Assembly: GCA_964628025.1 (NCBI GenBank)
Contig: CAZVLL010000005.1
Coordinates: forward strand, 667 to 64,666
Source of the DNA: an uncultured Syntrophaceae bacterium
GTDB taxonomy: Bacteria > Desulfobacterota > Syntrophia > Syntrophales > UBA2192
DNA length: 64,000 bases
Direction: 5' to 3'
Shown here: piece after piece, positions 35,938 through 44,848 of the stretch
How positions within the stretch are numbered: position 1 is the first letter of the stretch
Layout: each line of letters begins with the position of its first letter
Program-made: the position numbers and the translations under genes
Notes under the pieces: model-generated
Seen by the model: the letters and a program-made list of their open reading frames with translations, nothing else
Told to the model about the DNA's origin: nothing
Databases searched by the model: none

Positions 35938-37239
35938 TCAGCTGCCGGGGCCCTTCCCCGCGTCCCTGAAGAGGACATGCTCCAGGAAGAGCACGGTCAG
36001 CACACCCATGACGAAGCTGTTGCCCGCCACGGGGCGGATGAGGGAGGGAAAGGACCGGATCACTTCCGGCGGGAGGAAGGCCGCGATGATCGCCAGAAGA
36101 AGCGGCATCGCGACGACGAGGCCGTCACTGAATCCGAGAGGTTTGCCCTCCTCCTGCAACATCACAAGACCCACCGCCACCTGAGAGCAGAGGATGTAAA
36201 GCATGGCACTCCCGACGACGACGGAAGGCACGGCTTCCATGAACGCAATGGCCGCAGGGGAAAAAGCGACCAGCAGCATCAGGACCGCTGCCGGCACGAG
36301 GGCGAAGCGCGACAGGCACCGGGAAGAAGCCACGACACCGGGGCTCAGAGAGTAGTTCACCTGGCCGATGACGCCCAGAAAGCCCGCCACCATATTCGCA
36401 AGGCCCGTCACGGTGATCCCTCTCCGGATCCTTTCTTCCATGCCGCCTCCCGGCACGATGGCGTTGAGCGACTCGATGGACCCCATGTCGTTGATGGCCA
36501 GCGCGAGAAAGCAGACCAGAAATGCCATGAACAGGCCCGGTTCGAAAGACAGCGTCGTCGTCAGCCCGGTGAAAAACGGCGCCAGGAAAGCTGCTGAACC
36601 GTCGAGCCCGTGGCCTGAGGAACCGGGAAACAGAAGGCGATAAACGATTGTCCCCGCCACCGTTGCACTGAGGATCAGCGTCGAGCGCCAGATGCCCCCC
36701 AGGAAACGGTTGAGAACCAACATCGACAGGCTCAGCAGCAGGCCGAACAGGATGTTCAGCTGCGGGGCAACCCCGCCTTCGGATCCCGTCAAGAGCCGGA
36801 TGATCGTCGGCATCAGGGTGAATGCGATCAGGAGAAGAACGACGGCCGTGACGCGCCGGGTGAACAACCGCTCGATCTTCCCGAGGAGTCCCGTCGCTGC
36901 CAGGACGGCGAGGACCAGACCGCCTGCCAGGATCGACGTGTGCAATGCTTCGGGATCGGCCCCCGGACTGGCAAGGATCCCGATGAGAATGACTGTCGAG
37001 GGACCAAGAATGAGCGGAAGGCGATGGCCGAGGAAGATCTGGACGAGCATGAAAAGGCCGGCAATGAAGAACAGCTTCTGCAGGTAGAGCATGGGGTCGC
37101 ACGTCCCTGCAGGTCCGGCGAAGCAAATGATCTTGCCGAGGATGATGATGGAAGGAACGGCTACCGCAAACCACTGAAGACCGAGGGAAATCCACTCGAT
37201 GGCAGGCGGACGGTCATCAAGGCCGTAACGGAGCTCCAT
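35938..37239 (-). CDS. NCS2-family (xanthine/uracil/vitamin C permease-like) transporter
   Basis: ATG at 37239 (MELRYGLDDRPP...) lies 10 nt downstream of the crp-like stop, with GAGAGG upstream. It is polytopic, and the N-terminus is typical of the purine permease family. Confidence 0.65.
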   Translation of the reverse strand: MELRYGLDDRPPAIEWISLGLQWFAVAVPSIIILGKIICFAGPAGTCDPMLYLQKLFFIAGLFMLVQIFLGHRLPLILGPSTVILIGILASPGADPEALHTSILAGGLVLAVLAATGLLGKIERLFTRRVTAVVLLLIAFTLMPTIIRLLTGSEGGVAPQLNILFGLLLSLSMLVLNRFLGGIWRSTLILSATVAGTIVYRLLFPGSSGHGLDGSAAFLAPFFTGLTTTLSFEPGLFMAFLVCFLALAINDMGSIESLNAIVPGGGMEERIRRGITVTGLANMVAGFLGVIGQVNYSLSPGVVASSRCLSRFALVPAAVLMLLVAFSPAAIAFMEAVPSVVVGSAMLYILCSQVAVGLVMLQEEGKPLGFSDGLVVAMPLLLAIIAAFLPPEVIRSFPSLIRPVAGNSFVMGVLTVLFLEHVLFRDAGKGPGS

Positions 37240-37249
37240 GACGCGCCTC

Positions 37250-37936
37250 TCAGTCCAGGGCCTGTTTCGCCGACGCCACATCAGCGAGAGCCCCGCGGTC
37301 GAGAATCACGATCTTCTTTCCGGCGACACGGATTATCCCAGCCTGCACCATCTTGCCGAGAATGCGCGACAGCGACTCCCCCGTCGTCCCGAGAAGGCTT
37401 GCGATCAACCCTTTCTTGATGTCGAGATCGAACTCATCGGCGCCGCCGGCCAGGTCGCTCAGGTAAAGCAGATAGGCCGAAAGGCGCTCGGGAACCCCGC
37501 GCAGGGAGAGGTTCTCGATCGTGGCGGCAAACTCCCTGAGGCGCCGCGAGAGCACCGCCAGCATTCCGAGGGCCAGGTCGGGGTTCTTCCGGATCGTCCG
37601 GAGGAGTTCCTCCCTCGGGATGAACAGGATCCTCCCCGCCTCGATGGCCTGGGCACTGGCGGGGTAGTTTCCCCCCTGGAAGACGGGAACCTCGGCAAAC
37701 GGCTCGCCGGGCCCCATGATGTGGAGGATCTGCTCCTTGCCGTTGGGAGAGAGCTTGAAGATTTTGACGCGGCCCGCAGAGACGATGTTGAGTCCTGCCG
37801 CAGGGTCGCCATCGCTGAAGATCATCTCGCCGGCCTTCACCGGACGGTCGACGGCAATCCCCGAGAGGGCGCTCAGCTCCCCGTCGGAAAGCCCCTGGAA
37901 CAGGGGAAGGTGGGAGAGGAAAATTTTGCTATTCAC
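37250..37936 (-). CDS. Crp/Fnr-family transcriptional regulator (HcpR-like by context)
   Basis: 228 aa with a cNMP-binding-like beta-roll (FSDGDPAAGLNIVSAGRVKIFK) and a C-terminal HTH (GLIASLLGTTGESLSRILGKM). It is divergent from hcp. Confidence 0.85.
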   Translation of the reverse strand: MNSKIFLSHLPLFQGLSDGELSALSGIAVDRPVKAGEMIFSDGDPAAGLNIVSAGRVKIFKLSPNGKEQILHIMGPGEPFAEVPVFQGGNYPASAQAIEAGRILFIPREELLRTIRKNPDLALGMLAVLSRRLREFAATIENLSLRGVPERLSAYLLYLSDLAGGADEFDLDIKKGLIASLLGTTGESLSRILGKMVQAGIIRVAGKKIVILDRGALADVASAKQALD

Positions 37937-38050
37937 GGTTCTCGTTGATTCCGTCTTATCGTTGATTTCGTTTGTTTCCTGTATCCGGCCAATGATAATA
38001 TCGTCACATATCCATCAACGGGCCGCTTTTTTCAACTTTTTTTCGTTTTT

Positions 38051-38064
38051 TTGATCCGGATCAA
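38051..38064. promoter_or_regulatory. perfect FNR/CRP-type palindrome TTGATCCGGATCAA upstream of hcp
   Basis: It matches TTGAT-N4-ATCAA exactly and lies about 80-90 bp upstream of the hcp ATG, in the crp-like/hcp divergent region. Confidence 0.6.
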
Positions 38065-38140
38065 GGATTTCCGGAGGGAATTGCAGCAGGATAGGCCAAA
38101 ACGAACGAAAAATTTATCGATCCGGGAAAGGAGACTGTAC

Positions 38141-39769
38141 ATGTTTTGTTTTCAATGCGAGCAGACGGCCAAAGGAGAGGCCTGCACGAAGGGCGGTGTC
38201 TGCGGCAAGCCGCATGATGTGGCTTCCCTGCAGGATCTTTTGATCCACGCCCTTATCGGACTTTCCATCGCGGCGTCCGAGGCGAGAAAGAAAGGCATCA
38301 GCGATCACGATGTAGACGTGTTCGCGGTGAAGGCGCTGTTTTCGACCCTGACCAATGTAAACTTCGATCCGGCCCGTTTCATCGCATGGATCCAACAGGC
38401 TGTTGAATACCGGGATGCTCTCATCGGAAAGGTCATGGCCTCCGGCGGGAGCCTGGATCTTCCGAAAGACGCCCTGACCTTCAAGCCTTCGGACACCCTG
38501 GAAGGGCTTGTCGCCCAGGGGGAGGAGTGGGGATTGAAGTCCTTCCCGGCGGCAAACGCCGACATTCTGTCTCTAAAGCACACCCTGCTCTTCGGGATCA
38601 AGGGGCTCGCGGCGTACGCCGACCACGCCCAGATCCTGGGTCAGGAAGACGCGGCAGTGTACGCCTTTGTCCAGGAAGGGATGGCAGCCTTGGCAGACGA
38701 GAAACTCGGTCTCGAGGCAGCCCTGGGGCTTGTGCTCCGCTGCGGCGAGATCAACCTGAGGGCCATGGAACTTCTCGATGCGGCCAACACGGGCGCTTAC
38801 GGTCACCCTGTCCCCACGGCCGTCTCCCTGGGCGCAAAGAAGGGCAAGGCCATCCTGGTGTCCGGTCATGATCTCAAGGACCTGGAGGAGCTGCTCAAGC
38901 AGACCGAGGGCAAGGGGATCAACATTTACACGCACGGCGAGATGCTCCCCAGCCATGGATACCCGGGGCTGAAGAAATACGGTCATCTCATCGGACATTA
39001 CGGCACGGCCTGGCAGAACCAGGCCAAGGAGTTCGCCGAGTTCCCCGGGGCAATCCTGATGACGACCAACTGCATCCAGCGCCCCACGCCTGCCTACAAG
39101 AGCAACATCTTTACAACAGGCCTCGTCGGCTGGCCCGACGTGGCACACATCCCCGGCAGGGACTTTACGCCTGTGATCAAGCGGGCCCTGGAGCTTCCCG
39201 GCTTTGCCGAGGACAAAAACGGCAAGTCGGTGATGGTGGGATTTGCCCGTAACGCCGTTCTGGGTGTGGCCGACAAGGTTATTGAGGCCGTAAAAGGAAA
39301 GAACATCCGGCATTTCTTCCTGGTGGCCGGCTGTGATGGCGCCAAGCCGGGACGTAACTATTACACACAATTCGTCGAGCAGGTACCGGGGGACTGTATC
39401 GTTCTGACCCTTGCCTGCGGGAAATTCCGCTTCTTCGACAAAGATCTGGGGACCATCGGCGGCATCCCGAGGCTTCTCGACGTGGGCCAGTGCAACGACG
39501 CCTACTCGGCCATTCAGATCGCCGTGGCGCTCTCGAAAGCCTTCGGCGTGGGCGTCAACGAGCTGCCGTTGTCGATGATTCTCTCCTGGTACGAACAGAA
39601 GGCGGCGGCCATTCTGCTGACGCTGCTCGCCCTGGGGATCAAGGACATCCGCCTGGGACCCTCGCTTCCGGCTTTCGTGTCACCGGGCGTCCTCGACGTG
39701 CTCGTGAAGAATTTCGGCATCAAACCGATCACGACGCCCGAAGCGGACCTGAAGGCAATCCTGGGATAA
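38141..39769 (+). CDS. hcp: hybrid cluster protein (hydroxylamine reductase)
   Basis: ATG at 38141 follows GAAAGGAGA. It begins MFCFQCEQTAKGEACTKGGVCGK (N-terminal Cys motif) and is 542 aa with conserved HGEMLP and GCDG regions. Confidence 0.9.
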   Translation: MFCFQCEQTAKGEACTKGGVCGKPHDVASLQDLLIHALIGLSIAASEARKKGISDHDVDVFAVKALFSTLTNVNFDPARFIAWIQQAVEYRDALIGKVMASGGSLDLPKDALTFKPSDTLEGLVAQGEEWGLKSFPAANADILSLKHTLLFGIKGLAAYADHAQILGQEDAAVYAFVQEGMAALADEKLGLEAALGLVLRCGEINLRAMELLDAANTGAYGHPVPTAVSLGAKKGKAILVSGHDLKDLEELLKQTEGKGINIYTHGEMLPSHGYPGLKKYGHLIGHYGTAWQNQAKEFAEFPGAILMTTNCIQRPTPAYKSNIFTTGLVGWPDVAHIPGRDFTPVIKRALELPGFAEDKNGKSVMVGFARNAVLGVADKVIEAVKGKNIRHFFLVAGCDGAKPGRNYYTQFVEQVPGDCIVLTLACGKFRFFDKDLGTIGGIPRLLDVGQCNDAYSAIQIAVALSKAFGVGVNELPLSMILSWYEQKAAAILLTLLALGIKDIRLGPSLPAFVSPGVLDVLVKNFGIKPITTPEADLKAILG

Positions 39770-39868
39770 CTTTCTGCGTGCGATTCACCATCTGCCTCTC
39801 TCCTTTCTGGAACCCCTGCCCTTCTGATGAGGGCGGGGTTCCAGAACAAGGCAGACACAGAAGAGGAT

Positions 39869-40609
39869 ATGAAAGCGAAACGGAACATCATCGAAATCAA
39901 CGAAGACCTCTGCAACGGCTGCGGACAATGCGTTCCGTCCTGCGCGGAAGGAGCCATCGGAATCGTCGACGGCAAGGCAAAGCTCGTGAAAGACATGTTC
40001 TGCGACGGTCTGGGTGCCTGCCTGGGCGACTGCCCTACAGGGGCCCTGAAAATCATCGAGCGTGAAGCCGACACGTTCGATGAAAAAGCCGTGCACGAGC
40101 ATCTGATGAAGATAAAAAAAGGGCCAGGTCCCTCCCCGTTTGTCGCGGTCCAGGGCGGCTGTCCCTCGATGACCCTGCACACCTTCGCCCCGGCTGCGAA
40201 GAAGCCTGCAGCAGCGAAGGAACCCGGGGGGGCATCGGAATCTGCGCTCTCCCACTGGCCCATCCAGATCCGGCTGATCCCCCCTACAGCGCCCTTTCTG
40301 AAGGACGGAGACCTGCTGGTGGCCGCCGACTGCGTGCCCGCCGCCTGCCCCGACTTCCATCGCGACTTTCTTGAAGGGCGTGTGCTTCTGCTGGGTTGCC
40401 CCAAGTTTGACGACAAGGCGGAGTACCTCCAGCGATTCACCGACATCTTCCGGGCCAACGACATCCGTAGCGTCAAGGTCCTTCGCATGGAGGTGCCCTG
40501 CTGCTCCTTCCTGCTGCCCATCGTCACCGAGGCGGCATCTCACGCCGGCAAGGATGTCCCCGTGGAGGAGATCGTGATCACAAGAAAAGGAGAAATGAAA
40601 AAAGCTTAA
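39869..40609 (+). CDS. 4Fe-4S ferredoxin-domain protein associated with hcp
   Basis: ATG at 39869. CNGCGQCVPSC and CDGLGACLGDCP are Cys clusters. The C-terminal domain carries additional Cys residues (VPCCSF). Confidence 0.7.
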   Translation: MKAKRNIIEINEDLCNGCGQCVPSCAEGAIGIVDGKAKLVKDMFCDGLGACLGDCPTGALKIIEREADTFDEKAVHEHLMKIKKGPGPSPFVAVQGGCPSMTLHTFAPAAKKPAAAKEPGGASESALSHWPIQIRLIPPTAPFLKDGDLLVAADCVPAACPDFHRDFLEGRVLLLGCPKFDDKAEYLQRFTDIFRANDIRSVKVLRMEVPCCSFLLPIVTEAASHAGKDVPVEEIVITRKGEMKKA

Positions 40610-40641
40610 TCCGGGGCGTCTTTTCTGGTAAAGTTCCACCC

Positions 40642-41997
40642 ATGAAGACGGCAGTCAAAATCATCAACCTCTCCTTCGTCATCGTCGCCCTGGCCGCGGG
40701 GCTTTGCCTTGCCGGGAAGGGAGAGACGACTCTGGCATCGACGTCCGGCATCCAGGCGCGGCCGGAAAAAGCCGACTACTGGATCACTCGCCACCCGGAG
40801 CCGGACCGCATCATCCTGACTCCCGACGGAATCGAAGCAATGAATAGGGCCGCTCTCGGCCGTCCGGAAACGGAGCTTGTTGATCTCTTCTCAATCCTGG
40901 ACCCGGCGGAAGGCAACGCTGTCCGCACGACCATCTCTGACGTCCTTGCCGAATCACGCCAATCCAAAGGCTATGATCACACGAATCGCATCATCGCGCC
41001 TGCCTTCTATGATCGCATCGAGGCAGCCATCGGAGATGTGCCTTCCGTCATACAGCCCGCCTGGGGAATCATCACCGCAAGAACAAGCCTGAGAAGGTTT
41101 CCCACGAACGAGGCCTTCTACGATAAGCCCTTCGGAAATGAGTTTGACCGGTTCCAGTACTCGACACTGGAATGCGGAGACCCCATCGTCGTGCTGCACC
41201 GGACCCTCGACAGCACCTGGTCCTTTATTCAGACAACCTACACGATGGGGTGGGTCCCCTCTGCAAGCGTGGCCATCGGGGACCATAAGACGGTCCTTGC
41301 ATTTTCCCGGTCGAGCCCCCTCGTGGCGACGGGCAGCATGATTCCCGTCTACACCGACCCGGCCTTTGCCGTTCACGCCGTCTCGATTCCCATGGGCACG
41401 AAGCTGCCCTTCGTGGAGCAGAAGGACCGCTACTATTCCGTGACCCTTCCCTGGCGCGCTCCCGACGGCAGTCTCAAGTTCACGACGGGGTACCTCAAAC
41501 CCGATGCCGACGTCCACGTCGGATTCCTTCCCTACACGGCACGAAATTTTTATCAACAGGTCTTCAAGCTCGTGGGGCAGGCCTACGGCTGGGGAGATCT
41601 TTTTGACGGTCGCGACTGCTCCCGCCTCGTCATGGACGTCTTCTCCGCCTTCGGGTTCAATATGCCCCGCAACAGCCGCCGTCAGGCTTCCTTCAATCCC
41701 GCCGGACAGAAGGATACGGAGGGTCTCGCCGAGAAGGACAAACTCGGCATCCTGAAATCTCTTGAAGGATGGCCCGCGCTTCTCTACATGCCGGGTCATA
41801 TCATGATCTACCTCGGCACCATTGACGGCAGGGTCTACGCCATTCACAGCGCCTGGAGCTGGCGGGAGTCCCGGATCATCGGCAAACGCACGGTCATGGC
41901 CGGACGGGTTGTCGTATCGGATATCGCCCGCGGCACCGGGAGCCGCGGTTCTCTTCTGAAACGGGTTACGGCCGTGATACCGCTTGGTGGACGATAA
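40642..41997 (+). CDS. secreted NlpC/P60 (C40) peptidase with SH3-like N-terminal domains
   Basis: 451 aa with a signal peptide. The C-terminal YGWGDLFDGRDCSRLVMDVFSAFGFNMPRNS ... GHIMIYLG supplies the catalytic Cys/His motifs. Confidence 0.75.
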   Translation: MKTAVKIINLSFVIVALAAGLCLAGKGETTLASTSGIQARPEKADYWITRHPEPDRIILTPDGIEAMNRAALGRPETELVDLFSILDPAEGNAVRTTISDVLAESRQSKGYDHTNRIIAPAFYDRIEAAIGDVPSVIQPAWGIITARTSLRRFPTNEAFYDKPFGNEFDRFQYSTLECGDPIVVLHRTLDSTWSFIQTTYTMGWVPSASVAIGDHKTVLAFSRSSPLVATGSMIPVYTDPAFAVHAVSIPMGTKLPFVEQKDRYYSVTLPWRAPDGSLKFTTGYLKPDADVHVGFLPYTARNFYQQVFKLVGQAYGWGDLFDGRDCSRLVMDVFSAFGFNMPRNSRRQASFNPAGQKDTEGLAEKDKLGILKSLEGWPALLYMPGHIMIYLGTIDGRVYAIHSAWSWRESRIIGKRTVMAGRVVVSDIARGTGSRGSLLKRVTAVIPLGGR

Positions 41998-42078
41998 ATA
42001 ACTCTGGCACTTGCCGGAGGCATGGTTTAGATTATCGCCTTTGCAAAGTTGTCACGCGTCACCGGGAGGAAATACTGG

Positions 42079-44772
42079 ATGGACAGCGGGTTCACCATCA
42101 ACATCGACGGTAGGGAATGTCAGGCGGCAGCCGGGCAGACCATTCTGGACGTCGCAAAACAATACGGCATCTACATCCCCACGCTTTGCTATTTCCCCGC
42201 CACGACCCTGGTGGGCGCCTGTCGCGTCTGTGTCGTCGAGCAGGAAGGGGCAAGAAACCTTGTGGCATCCTGCACCATGCCGGCAAGCCCGGGCATGACG
42301 ATCAGGACGGACACACCCAAGGTCATCGAAGCGCGGAAAATGGTCGTCGAGCTTCTCTGGTCCTCCGGCGATCATAACTGCCTGCAGTGTGAGGCCAACG
42401 GGCAGTGCGAGCTGCAGGACCTTGTTTATCGCCTTGGCATCGAGAAACCCCGGTTCGAGATTTCCCCGCCGGACTGTCCCCTCGACACATCCAACAGCAT
42501 GATCCTCCGGGATCTCAACAAGTGCGTGCTCTGCGGACGCTGCATCCGGGGCTGCAACGAGATCCAGGTCAACGAGGTTCTCGACTTCGCCCGGCGCGGC
42601 AACCACATGAAGGTGGGTCCCGCCTTCGATGAGGATTACTTCCAATCTTCCTGCGTGTTCTGCGGAGAGTGCCTGCAGGACTGCCCGACGGGGGCCATCA
42701 TCAACAGGCAGGGCCGCTTCCGCGGGCGTCCCTGGGAGCTCGAGAAGGTACGCACGACCTGCACGTACTGCGGCGTGGGCTGCCAGCTCGACCTCAATGT
42801 CTTCAACGGAAAAGTTGTCAAGACCACCTCCGACCGGAGCCACGGCGCCCCCAACCGGGGGAGCCTCTGCGTCAAGGGCCGCTTCGCCAACGAGTTCATC
42901 CACAGCCCTGACCGATTGACGTCCCCGCTTATCCGCAGGAACGGCAAGCTCGAGAAGGCGAGCTGGGACGAGGCGCTCGACTATATCGCCGAGAAACTGA
43001 ACGGCATCAAAGAGAAGCACGGCCCCGACAGCATCGGCGGCCTCTCGTCGGCACGCATCACCAACGAGGAAAATTACCTCTTTCAGAAATTCATGAGGGC
43101 GGCCATCGGCACCAACAATGTCGATCATTGCGCACGGCTCTGACACAGCTCCACGGTGGCCGGTCTGGCCGCCGCCTTCGGAAGCGGAGCGATGACGAAT
43201 GCCATCGACGAGATCGAGCTCGCCGACGTGATCCTCGTGACGGGCTCCAACACAACGGAAAACCATCCCATCGTGGGCATGTACGTAAAGCGGGCCGTCC
43301 GCAGGCATGACGCAAAGCTCATCGTCATCGAGCCCCGGGAGATTCCACTCGTCCGCTACAGCACCCTGTTTTTGCGCCAGAAGCCCGGCACGGACGTGGC
43401 CTGGATCAACGGCATGATGAACGTCATCATCGCCGAGGATCTCTGTGCAAAGGAGTACGTCGAGAAACGCACGGAAGGCTTCGAAGAGGTCCGGAAGGTC
43501 GTCGAGAAGTACACACCCGAGTACGTGGAATCCATCACGGGCATCCCGGCGGAGCAACTCCGGGCTGCCGCGCGGCTCTACGCCACGGCCCCGAAGGCAA
43601 CGATCCTGTACGCCATGGGGATCACCCAGCACAAGACGGGTACCGACAACGTGAAGTCGCTTGCAAACCTGGCCATGCTCTGCGGCAAGGTGGGGTATGA
43701 ATCATGCGGCATCAACCCCCTGCGCGGCCAGAACAACGTCCAGGGCGCCTGCGACATGGGCTGTCTTCCCAATGTGTACCCCGCGTATCAGAATGTCGCC
43801 CTGGATGCGCCGAGGGCCAATTTCGAGAAGGCCTGGGGAGTTCCGCTTCCCGCCAAGCCGGGCTTAACTGTCGTCGAGATGTCCAGGGCTGCCGGGGAAG
43901 GAAAGCTCAAGGCCCTGTATGTCATGGGCGAAAACATGATGCTCTCCGATCCGGACCTGCACCACCTCGAAACATCGCTCCGGAAGCTCGATCTTTTCGT
44001 CGTCCAGGACATCTTCCTCACCGAGACGGCCGAGCTCGCCCACGTGGTTTTGCCCTCGGCCTGCTTTGCCGAGAAAGACGGCACCTTCACCAACACGGAG
44101 CGGCGCGTCCAGCGTGTCCGCAAGGCCGTCGAGCCGCCTGGCGAGGCCCGTCCCGACTGGGAAATCGTCGCCGATCTCTCGACCCGGATGGGCTTGCCCA
44201 TGAAGTACACCGGGCCGCAGGAGATCATGGACGAAATTCGCAGGGTGACGCCAAGCTACGCCGGCATCACCTACGAGCGCATCGATCGGGAAGGTCTCCA
44301 GTGGCCCTGCCCGAACACAGACCACCCGGGCACAAAATATCTTCACAGGGACCGCTTCACACGGGGCCTCGGGCTCTTCTCGCCCATCGAGTTCATCCCG
44401 CCCGACGAACTGCCCGACGGAGAGTACCCCCTCTATCTCACGACAGGACGTGTCCTGTATCACTACCATACGGGAACGATGACCCGGAGGTCCAAAGGCA
44501 CAACAGAGCGCTTTCCCGAGAGTCTTGTCGAGATCAACCCCAGGGATGCCGCGAAATACGGCATCACGAACGGCAGGAATGTCCGCGTCGCGTCGCGCCG
44601 CGGCACCGTCGAGGCGAAGGCCTCTGTCACGGCTCGCTCTCCCGAAGGGACCGTCTTCATGAACTTCCATTTCAGCGAGGCGCCGGTCAACCGGTTGACG
44701 AATCCGGTCCTCGACCCGGTCTGCAAGATCCCGGAACTCAAAGTCTGCGCCGTCAAAATCGAAGCAGCATAG
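42079..44772 (+). CDS. fdhA: formate dehydrogenase alpha subunit, selenocysteine-containing, with N-terminal NuoG-like Fe-S domains
   Basis: Track ORFs 42049-43143 and 43156-44772 are in the same frame and joined by TGA at 43141-43143. Read-through gives [29 protein letters not shown], the canonical FDH Sec active site. ATG at 42079 follows GGGAGG. Confidence 0.9.
43144..43180 (+). promoter_or_regulatory. bacterial SECIS hairpin downstream of the UGA
   Basis: Arm CGGTGGCC (43154-43161), loop GGTCT, arm GGCCGCCG (43167-43174). This is 8 bp including one G-U, beginning 11 nt after the UGA. The GGUCU apical loop is the same as in E. coli fdhF SECIS. Confidence 0.65.
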
Positions 44773-44795
44773 AAGAATTGTCCCTGACAAAAAAA

Positions 44796-44824
44796 AGAGG
44801 CGGCCCGAAAGCCGCCTCTTTTTG
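44796..44824. terminator. bidirectional intrinsic terminator between fdhA and the MFS gene
   Basis: The hairpin AGAGGCGGC-CCGAAA-GCCGCCTCT is flanked by an A-run upstream and a T-run downstream. Confidence 0.7.
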
Positions 44825-44848
44825 TATCCGGTATTCTGAACCCTGTCT

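Noticed and set aside
35182-37419. + strand ORFs 35182-35823, 35854-36597, 36692-37087 and 36940-37419, plus the minus alternative frame 36125-37195
   Set aside because: They overlap the DUF47 and NCS2 permease genes. They are highly R/H/D/G-rich without TM or domain features.
43141-43143. TGA splitting fdhA into two ORFs, a possible pseudogene or frameshift
   Set aside because: Both halves share a frame, the stop sits at the canonical Sec position, and an fdhF-like SECIS hairpin follows. I interpret it as selenocysteine.
42052-43632. 526-aa minus-strand ORF
   Set aside because: It is antisense to fdhA.
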